From Poseidonia sp. (GTDB lineage: Archaea; Thermoplasmatota; Poseidoniia; Poseidoniales; Poseidoniaceae), in assembly GCA_965661285.1 (NCBI GenBank), contig CBFIDD010000003.1:269161-333160 (forward strand): DNA of 64,000 nucleotides, given 5' to 3'. The notes under the pieces were generated by a model that was not told where the DNA came from, did no database searches, and was given only the letters and a program-made list of their open reading frames with translations. Numbering within the stretch: position 1 is the first letter of the stretch; each line of letters begins with the position of its first letter. The translations under genes were made by a program, and so were the position numbers. Positions 57,197 through 64,000 of this stretch are shown one piece after another.

Positions 57197-58897
57197 TCAC
57201 CATGCACCGACAAGTGCGTTGGCAGCGGCTTCACAGAGCGCGATCAGTTGCCCGGCACCAACGCCGAAGTACACCGTTGTGATGAGACAGGCGATGATGG
57301 CAAAACGAACGGGTGTTCCCTTGGGAAGGGGACCTTCTCGACCTGCTTCAGGCTCGTGGAAATACATGACGAGCCCAACACGGAGGTAGTAGAACACCGA
57401 GATGGCCGAGTTGATGACCATCAGAAGGGCGAGGTACCAGACCCAGTGAATGTCGGCAAAGACCAGGTCGCTGTTGACCGTGACGTCAAGCAGAGCGACC
57501 TTGACGATGCCCATGATCACCAGCAACTTGGACACAAAGCCAGACAGCGGAGGTACACCGGCCAAGGACATCATGAAGATGAACATGGCCACCGCAAGGA
57601 AGGGGTCTCGCTTGGCAAGGCCACCGAGCGATTCGAGGGTGTGGCCGCCCTTTTCTGATTCGAGCAGCGAGAGGACGAGGAAGGCGCCGAGCTTGAAGCA
57701 CACCAGCACCGAGAGGTGGAAGATGAGGGCCGTGACGACCACCAAGGCCGCATCGTTGCTCATGTCGATGTGGCCGTCTTCCCAGTTCAGCGCACCAATG
57801 GCCGTGATGGCGGCCAGCATGTAGCCGGCGTGGGCCACGGAGGAGTACGCCAGCATGCGCTTTGGATTGGTTGAACCAAGCGCTGCGAGGTTGCCCCACG
57901 TCATCGTGATGACCGAAAGGGTGCCGAGGGCCACGAGCCACACCGCGGAGCCGTCGGTGGCCTCAGGCGAAGCGACAACGAGCAGGATACGGAGCAAACC
58001 GAGCACGCCCATGGCCTTGCTGGCAGTCGCCAGCACACCTGCAACAGGTGCTGTCGCTCCTGCATAGGCGTCGGGGGCAGCAAAATGGAACGGCGCTGCG
58101 CTGACCTTGAAGCCAAAGCCAACCAGCAACATACCAAGGGCGATCAGCGGCAGAGGTTCCATCCCGTTTTCGGCAAAGGCGACCGAAAGGTCGGCGAACT
58201 GGAGCGAGCCCGACCAAAGGTAGAGCAACGACAGGCCATAGAGACCAACACCGGACGCTACGGAGCCGACGATGAAGTACTTCATTCCGGCCTCGGTGCC
58301 TTCCTTGCTTTCTTTCATGAAGGAAACCAAAACGTAGGTGGAGAACGAAGCGAGTTCAAGACCGACAAAGAGCATGAAGAGGTCTTGGGAGAGGGCAACA
58401 ACGGCCATGCCGAGTCCCGTGGTGATCAGCAGGATGTAGAAATCAACTTGGCGACGGTTGTTGTACAGGCCGTTCAGGCTTCGGTCGGCCCGGCTGGTTG
58501 CGGGAATGCGATTGACCGAAGCAGCACTGGCCAGCGCAAGCGCACCGAAGAAAATCAACTCAAACATGCGACTGAACTCGTCGATTTGGAGCATCGTTGT
58601 GCCACCGGGCGTGATGATTTGCGTCTGTTTCATGCCACCGATGAACGAGACCACGGTCAAGCCGAATGCGATGGTGAAGAACACCGTAGCGAACAAACCC
58701 GGCAGTCTCGGGTCGCTGTCAAGTTTCCCGCGTCGTCCACCAAGGAGCCAGGGGATACGAATCTGCGTGAGCGGGATGCGGAATTTAGCGTCGCCCATGT
58801 TGGGAACAATCATCAACGTGAACAAGCCGATAACGAGGACAAATTCAGGCGCAAGCGCAAGCACAAAGCCTTCTGCAAAGGGTTCTACTCGCTCCAT
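57197..58897 (-). CDS. nuoN: NADH-quinone oxidoreductase subunit N
   Basis: EAGMKYF, FKVSAAPFH..APDAY, KRMLAYSSVAH, SLAGVPP, YYLR. Confidence 0.95.
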   Translation of the reverse strand: MERVEPFAEGFVLALAPEFVLVIGLFTLMIVPNMGDAKFRIPLTQIRIPWLLGGRRGKLDSDPRLPGLFATVFFTIAFGLTVVSFIGGMKQTQIITPGGTTMLQIDEFSRMFELIFFGALALASAASVNRIPATSRADRSLNGLYNNRRQVDFYILLITTGLGMAVVALSQDLFMLFVGLELASFSTYVLVSFMKESKEGTEAGMKYFIVGSVASGVGLYGLSLLYLWSGSLQFADLSVAFAENGMEPLPLIALGMLLVGFGFKVSAAPFHFAAPDAYAGATAPVAGVLATASKAMGVLGLLRILLVVASPEATDGSAVWLVALGTLSVITMTWGNLAALGSTNPKRMLAYSSVAHAGYMLAAITAIGALNWEDGHIDMSNDAALVVVTALIFHLSVLVCFKLGAFLVLSLLESEKGGHTLESLGGLAKRDPFLAVAMFIFMMSLAGVPPLSGFVSKLLVIMGIVKVALLDVTVNSDLVFADIHWVWYLALLMVINSAISVFYYLRVGLVMYFHEPEAGREGPLPKGTPVRFAIIACLITTVYFGVGAGQLIALCEAAANALVGAW

Positions 58898-58898
58898 C

Positions 58899-60533
58899 TC
58901 AGGCACCTCCCAAAATCGGAATCAAGAGCGTTTCAAAGAACGCCACCGTCCATCCGTTCATCATGTCCAGCGCAATCCACGGCATGACACCGAAGAGGAT
59001 GGTGAACACCGCCATGATGACCATGGCCAGTTTTTCGCTGTCGGCGATGTCGGGAACGGGTTGCCCCTTGAGGCTCTCAGGAGGCTGCGTTTCATCGCCA
59101 CCTTCGAAGATGGTGCGCTGCATCGACCAGAGGTAGTAGGCGGCGGTGATGGCCAGCACGAAGGCTGGACCAACCATCCACAGCACGCTCCAGCCCTCTG
59201 CGGCGAGGAAATGCCACAGCGCCAAGAACATCATCAACTCAGCGACGAAACCTGCCAGAAGCGGCAGGCCAAGGGAAGCCATCCAAGCGAACATCATCGA
59301 CGTGGCGAGCCAAGGTGAGTGCTTGGCCATACCGCGCATGGCACCGATTTCCATGCTGTGGTAGTGGTGCTTGAACGCGCCACAGACTGCGAAAAGCATG
59401 GGGCTGATGATGCCGTGAGCGAACATCATGAACAGCGCTGCAGCCCAACCAAGCGGTTGCATGGTGGCGATGCCGATGAGGATAACACCCATGTGAGAAA
59501 CCGAGGAGTAGGCGACCATCTTCTTGAGATTGGTTTGGCCCAGACACACCACGGCACCCCACACAAGGGAGATCATACCGAGGGCCAGCAAGGCAAACTG
59601 GAAGTGTTGGGCTGCGTGTGGGAAGAACGCCAACGGCAAGCGGAACATACCGTAGGCACCCATCTTCAGCATGACACCGGCCAGCAGCATGGAGCCACCG
59701 GTTGGGGCTTGGACGTGGGCATCGGGCAGCCAGGTGTGGAAGGGTACAGAAGGCAGCTTCACGAGGAACCCGATCATCAGCATGACGAACAGGATCTTCT
59801 GCAAACTCTCGCCGAGGAACCAGGCGCCACCAGCGTTGGCGGATTGTGCGTGAGCGGTCAAGGTTGGGATGTCAAAGGTGCGACCGGTCCAAGCGCCAGC
59901 GTAGGAGAGGTTCTCCGGCTGGAGGAAGTACACGGTGACCAAGCCGAGAAGCATGATGACCGAGGCGGTGAACGTGTAGATGAAGAACTTCTGAGAAGCG
60001 TACTTTCGGTCGTAGCCACCCCATTTGAGGATGAGGAAGAACATCGGAATCAAGGTCAATTCCCAGAACACGTAGAACATGAACAGGTCCAAAGCCACGA
60101 AGACACCGATAAGCGCCCCGCCCATCATCAACACGAGCGGGAAGTAAATGGCAGCGTTCTTTTCGTTCCACGTGGCCACGATGGTCACCGGGAGGAGGAA
60201 GGTTGTGAGCCACACCATGGGGAAGGACAAGGCGTCCAAGCCCACACTCCAGTGAATGCCGAGCGATTCAATCCAAACGTATCGGAACTCATAGTTGAAC
60301 GAACCAAACGAAAGCGAGGCCCAGTCGAGGGTGCCTTCGATGTACTCGTTGCCGAGGAACATGGCCGTGGTGAGCGCCAGCATCAACAACGAGAAGATGA
60401 GGGTCGCCATACGAACCGAAGGCCCCATACGCTCACGAGCGGCAGGTGATGCGTAGGCTACGAAGGCCAGAATGGCGATGCTGGTGACAAGCGGCAGGGC
60501 CACCAGTGGAATGGAAATCCAGTCGGTCGTCAA
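58899..60533 (-). CDS. nuoM: NADH-quinone oxidoreductase subunit M
   Basis: FYVFWE, PFHTWLPDAHVQAP, LKMGAYG, AYSSVSHMG. TTG start overlaps the nuoL stop. Confidence 0.95.
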   Translation of the reverse strand: MTTDWISIPLVALPLVTSIAILAFVAYASPAARERMGPSVRMATLIFSLLMLALTTAMFLGNEYIEGTLDWASLSFGSFNYEFRYVWIESLGIHWSVGLDALSFPMVWLTTFLLPVTIVATWNEKNAAIYFPLVLMMGGALIGVFVALDLFMFYVFWELTLIPMFFLILKWGGYDRKYASQKFFIYTFTASVIMLLGLVTVYFLQPENLSYAGAWTGRTFDIPTLTAHAQSANAGGAWFLGESLQKILFVMLMIGFLVKLPSVPFHTWLPDAHVQAPTGGSMLLAGVMLKMGAYGMFRLPLAFFPHAAQHFQFALLALGMISLVWGAVVCLGQTNLKKMVAYSSVSHMGVILIGIATMQPLGWAAALFMMFAHGIISPMLFAVCGAFKHHYHSMEIGAMRGMAKHSPWLATSMMFAWMASLGLPLLAGFVAELMMFLALWHFLAAEGWSVLWMVGPAFVLAITAAYYLWSMQRTIFEGGDETQPPESLKGQPVPDIADSEKLAMVIMAVFTILFGVMPWIALDMMNGWTVAFFETLLIPILGGA

Positions 60534-63136
60534 GCGACCACCCCCCAAATCAGTGCAAAGAGACCCAAGGTGCCAAGCGCCGCCATCAAGATGTAATCAC
60601 GTGCTGAACCCGTGGTCAGCGAGCGGAATTTGGTCGAGAGTTGTTGCGAAGTTCGCTCAATCGTCTTGACCGTGCCGTCGATAACGCTGGAGTCGGCCTC
60701 AGCGGCCTTGAAGGAGAACGCAGCGACGATCTTTAGCATCGCCATGTCGTAGTAGTGATCGAAGTAAAGGCGGTTCTCGAGGGCCGTGGCGAAACCGGAT
60801 TGGCCGAAGGACGAGTTGTCCCAATGGTAGCGGTCCTTCACAAACTGATTGACGGCCAACACGGGGCCGAACCACGGCATCGTGCTCTCGCCCTCGTCAA
60901 GCTTTCCACCATAGAGCGAAAGCGCCAGCCCGGGACCGACGATGGCGCCCAGAAGAATAGCGATGTAGGTCAGCACGAAGAAGAAGGAATCGCTGTTCGC
61001 AAAGGCATGTTCCATCTCATAGACGAAGCCTTCAAGGAAGGATTTCTTCCCGTCAAAGAACGGTTTGTAGTACTCGTCAGGCGCCCAGTGGGTAAAGCCC
61101 ATGCTCGCCAAAACAATGGCGCTGAGGCTCATGAACGTCAGGATGAACAACGGGGTCTTGATCCACGTGTTGGTTGGGTGCACGTGCGCTGCCACATCGG
61201 TTTTTGGCGAGCCTGCAAAGGTCTTGAGCCACATGCGGGACATGTAGAAGCCCGTCATGGCAGCACCGAGCAGCACGCACATGGCCGGATAGAAAAAGCG
61301 GGGGTCGTCAAGCGCCACGCGCCAAGTGTTGGCGATGATGCCTTCCTTTGACCAGAAACCACCGATGAGCGGGAAGCCCATGATGGAGAGCGAACCGACG
61401 AGCATGGCGGTGGCGGTCAGCGGCATCTTTGAGGCCAAGCCGCCCATGTTCTCCATGGACTGGGCATCAAACTCGTCGTGATCGTCGTGGTGGTCATCGC
61501 CGCCCAACGAAGCAAGGTGAACGCGACCGAGGGTCAGTTCGAGTTCGGGGACGTTGATCTTCCCGTTGCCGTCCATGTCAAGGGCGTCCATCAGCGGTTT
61601 TATTTCCCACGGTGGCAGGTCGGCGATGTTCGCATCCTTGAGGGCTTTTTGGAACTCATAGGTGTCCACTTCGCCCGACTGGTCGAGGTCGATGGCGTTG
61701 AAGAAGCCGAACACCGACTGGCCGGTTTCAGCCAGATAGTTGGCGAGCATGAGCAGTTCCTTTGGCTCCTCGTCGTGGTGTTCGTCGTCGTGAGGGTGCA
61801 GGTGGTGATGGGCATGGTGAACCTCGTGAATCACCGCACCGCTGGCCATGAAGAGCATGCCCTTGGCCATGGCGTGGTTGAACAGATGGAAGAGGGCGGC
61901 GCCAAAGGCGACGATGACGATGCCGTGATTGACGTAGTAGTCGGGGTTCTTGGTGCCGTCAGCGAGGTATTCGTGCCAGTGCAGGGTGTTGGCGAGGTAG
62001 AGTGCAGCTCCCAAGCCGGTGAAGATGTAGGCGAGTTGCGACATGGTCGAATACGCCAGGACCTTCTTGAGGTCGTGCTGGACAAAGGCAATGGCCGCTG
62101 CCATGACGGCGGTGGTTCCACCGATGGCGGCGATGATGAACGCCAGGTCCGCAAGTTCACCGTGAAGCGCATCGGCGCCGAAGAACGGGAACATGCGGGC
62201 AACGAGGTAGAGACCGGCGTTGACCATCGTAGCAGCGTGAATCAAAGCGGAAACCGGCGTTGGCCCTTCCATAGCGTCGGGCAACCAAACGTGGAGCGGG
62301 AATTGAGCGGATTTGCCCACCGCACCAATGAACATCAATCCGAGCGCCCAAGCCAGGGTGCCCGAGTTGTTGGCCGCCACTTGCTCGATGTTGCCTTCGT
62401 AGAAGACGACGGCGTAGTCAAGCGCACCTTGGTCGGCACCGGCGTACGGGTGGAAGAGCGACCAGAGCATGGCCAAGCCCACCATGAGGAACACGTCGCC
62501 GACACGGGTGGTCAAAAACGCCTTCTTTGCGGCGTAGGCAGCGCTGGGGCGTTCGTAGTAGAAGCCGATGAGCAAGTAGGAACACAAGCCCATCAGTTCC
62601 CAGAAGATGAACAGCCAGAGGAAGGAATCCGCCAGCACCATGCCGAGCATACCGGAGCAGAACAGGACAAACTCAGCGTAGAACCGGTGGTTTCGGTTGT
62701 CGTTGATGGGGTCGGTGTTCATGTAACCGATGGCGAAGGTGTTGATGAGCAAACACAGGAAGGAGGCGATGAACAGCAACATCACGGTGACGTGGTCGAT
62801 GTAGATACCAAAGCCGAGGGTGATTTCGGTCACGGTGGTTTGACCCGAATCCCACATGCCGGAGGTGAACCATGTCCACTTCTCGGTTTCACCCGCACCG
62901 CTGCCACCGATGAAATCAGTGATGAGCCACAGCGAGAGGATGAGGCTTCCAGCCATGACCGGGAGGGCGATGAGACCGCCCTCTTTGAGGCCCTCTTTCC
63001 ATGTCTTGTTCCCGTTGAGCACCTTCCCGAGGAAGAGGATCACGGGGAACGCCAGCATGGGCAAAAGAAGAATGTAGGGTGCGTATTCCAACGCCGTGCT
63101 TTGAACTGCTTCTGTGCTACCTGAACCTGCCATCAT
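60530..63136 (-). CDS. nuoL: NADH-quinone oxidoreductase subunit L with EF-hand insertion
   Basis: WELMGLCSYLLIGF, KSAQFPLHVWLPDAMEGPTPVSALIHAATMV, KKVLAYSTMSQ, GFWSKE. Confidence 0.96.
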   Translation of the reverse strand: MMAGSGSTEAVQSTALEYAPYILLLPMLAFPVILFLGKVLNGNKTWKEGLKEGGLIALPVMAGSLILSLWLITDFIGGSGAGETEKWTWFTSGMWDSGQTTVTEITLGFGIYIDHVTVMLLFIASFLCLLINTFAIGYMNTDPINDNRNHRFYAEFVLFCSGMLGMVLADSFLWLFIFWELMGLCSYLLIGFYYERPSAAYAAKKAFLTTRVGDVFLMVGLAMLWSLFHPYAGADQGALDYAVVFYEGNIEQVAANNSGTLAWALGLMFIGAVGKSAQFPLHVWLPDAMEGPTPVSALIHAATMVNAGLYLVARMFPFFGADALHGELADLAFIIAAIGGTTAVMAAAIAFVQHDLKKVLAYSTMSQLAYIFTGLGAALYLANTLHWHEYLADGTKNPDYYVNHGIVIVAFGAALFHLFNHAMAKGMLFMASGAVIHEVHHAHHHLHPHDDEHHDEEPKELLMLANYLAETGQSVFGFFNAIDLDQSGEVDTYEFQKALKDANIADLPPWEIKPLMDALDMDGNGKINVPELELTLGRVHLASLGGDDHHDDHDEFDAQSMENMGGLASKMPLTATAMLVGSLSIMGFPLIGGFWSKEGIIANTWRVALDDPRFFYPAMCVLLGAAMTGFYMSRMWLKTFAGSPKTDVAAHVHPTNTWIKTPLFILTFMSLSAIVLASMGFTHWAPDEYYKPFFDGKKSFLEGFVYEMEHAFANSDSFFFVLTYIAILLGAIVGPGLALSLYGGKLDEGESTMPWFGPVLAVNQFVKDRYHWDNSSFGQSGFATALENRLYFDHYYDMAMLKIVAAFSFKAAEADSSVIDGTVKTIERTSQQLSTKFRSLTTGSARDYILMAALGTLGLFALIWGVVA

Positions 63137-63142
63137 ACCACC

Positions 63143-63445
63143 TCAGTTCTTCAGGACGTTCACGTCGTCCAGCGTAATCGATTCGTGTTGCCCGTACATG
63201 GCGAGGAAAATGGCCAACCCGATGGCCACCTCGCTGGCAGCGATGGCGATGGCGAAGATGGTGTAGACCCACCCTGTCGTATCACCGTGGTGCACGGCAG
63301 CGGCGGCGAACTGCATGTTCGCTGCGTTGAGCATCAATTCAATGCACATCAAGACGATGATCGCGTTCTTTCGGGTGAATGCACCGGCCAAGCCGATGAC
63401 GAAAAGGAGTGCAGAAAGACCGGAAACCCATGCTGGATCGATCAT
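63143..63445 (-). CDS. nuoK: NADH-quinone oxidoreductase subunit K
   Basis: RKNAIIVLMCIELMLNAAN, IAASEVAIGLAI. Confidence 0.96.
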   Translation of the reverse strand: MIDPAWVSGLSALLFVIGLAGAFTRKNAIIVLMCIELMLNAANMQFAAAAVHHGDTTGWVYTIFAIAIAASEVAIGLAIFLAMYGQHESITLDDVNVLKN

Positions 63446-63711
63446 TCTTCTTCACCTCCAAATTCCCAAAGGAGATTCTCCATTCGCTCGTCTCGAACGA
63501 GGTAGGCCGCCCCCATCATGGCCATGGCCATGAGAAGGCCGAGCACGAGCAGCGCAAAGCCCCACTCGTTGAGCAGCGAATCGGCCAGTCCCGCAGTGGT
63601 CGGTGTCGTGGTAGCCGGGTCGGCCCACACGCTGTCGTCGTTGAGTACGGCGACGAGGATGAAGCCGAGCGCCAACAAACCGAGACGGGTAAACAGCGAG
63701 GTGAACTTCAT
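63442..63711 (-). CDS. nuoJ: NuoJ C-terminal half (split subunit J2)
   Basis: LADSLLNEW...LLMAMAMMGAAYL, and position between J1 and K with ATGA overlaps. Confidence 0.8.
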   Translation of the reverse strand: MKFTSLFTRLGLLALGFILVAVLNDDSVWADPATTTPTTAGLADSLLNEWGFALLVLGLLMAMAMMGAAYLVRDERMENLLWEFGGEEE

Positions 63712-63992
63712 TCGAAGTCCTCCTCGAGAATTTGACGTCGGGTCAACATGATACCGAAGAGCACCACCAAACCGACGCTGGCCAGGTAAACCAGGATTTG
63801 AATGGCAGCGAGGAACTCAGCACCCAAAAGGATGAAAATTCCGGAAACGGCCATGAAACAGAAGATCAGCGAGAGCATGGAATGGGCTACTCGCTGGGCG
63901 AAGATGAGGCCAAGCGCTCCACCGAGCGTGATGGCTGCAAACAGGAAGAAAACACCGGTTTCGGCAGCGCTGGCCACATCCATCTCAAGCAT
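63708..63992 (-). CDS. nuoJ: NuoJ N-terminal half (split subunit J1)
   Basis: VAHSMLSL...LGAEFLAAIQILVY...LFGIMLT. Confidence 0.9.
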   Translation of the reverse strand: MLEMDVASAAETGVFFLFAAITLGGALGLIFAQRVAHSMLSLIFCFMAVSGIFILLGAEFLAAIQILVYLASVGLVVLFGIMLTRRQILEEDFE

Positions 63993-64000
63993 CCCCCTTC

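Noticed and set aside
61478-63124. 548-aa plus-strand ORF (also 58085-58987 and 59319-60449)
   Set aside because: Antisense shadows of nuoL, nuoN and nuoM.
63442-63992. Split nuoJ as a pseudogene or novelty
   Set aside because: Split J1/J2 is common in euryarchaeal nuo/fpo operons, and both halves have clean ATGA coupling.

Overview
A GC-rich archaeal chromosomal segment. Archaeal-type uS2, aIF1A, RIO1, Dim2, Taw1, a split NuoJ and a HAD-ECH fusion, together with AlkB and GGTGA/GGAGG ribosome-binding sites, fit Marine Group II Euryarchaeota (Ca. Poseidoniales). This assignment is inferred from gene content and was not searched. From left to right the window holds: a type I restriction-modification operon (hsdM-hsdS-unknown ORF-hsdR, with hsdR running off the left edge); small accessory genes; three tandem paralogous membrane proteins; a MacB/FtsX-type ABC system; alkB preceded by two paralogous microproteins absent from the ORF track; a bacterial-style aerobic heme cluster (hemA-hemCD-hemB-hemL-hemE-hemF-hemY plus convergent hemH); taw1; a GNAT-PLP fusion; GST, gmd and glycosyltransferases; a ThiF(E1)-JAB-small protein operon; a beta-oxidation fusion; regulators; dus and rps2; a membrane-embedded Cas4-like nuclease; CARDB surface proteins; dim2/rio1/aIF1A; and nuoJ1-J2-K-L-M-N. 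The most notable observations are (1) a NuoL with two canonical EF-hands flanked by His-rich segments, (2) an E1-JAB operon with a non-ubiquitin small partner, (3) the tandem microprotein pair, (4) a HemF-type heme pathway in an archaeon, (5) a Cas4-like nuclease with four inserted TM helices and (6) aIF1A with a eukaryote-like acidic tail. No rRNA, tRNA, CRISPR array or transposase was seen. All calls are by-eye motif recognition.
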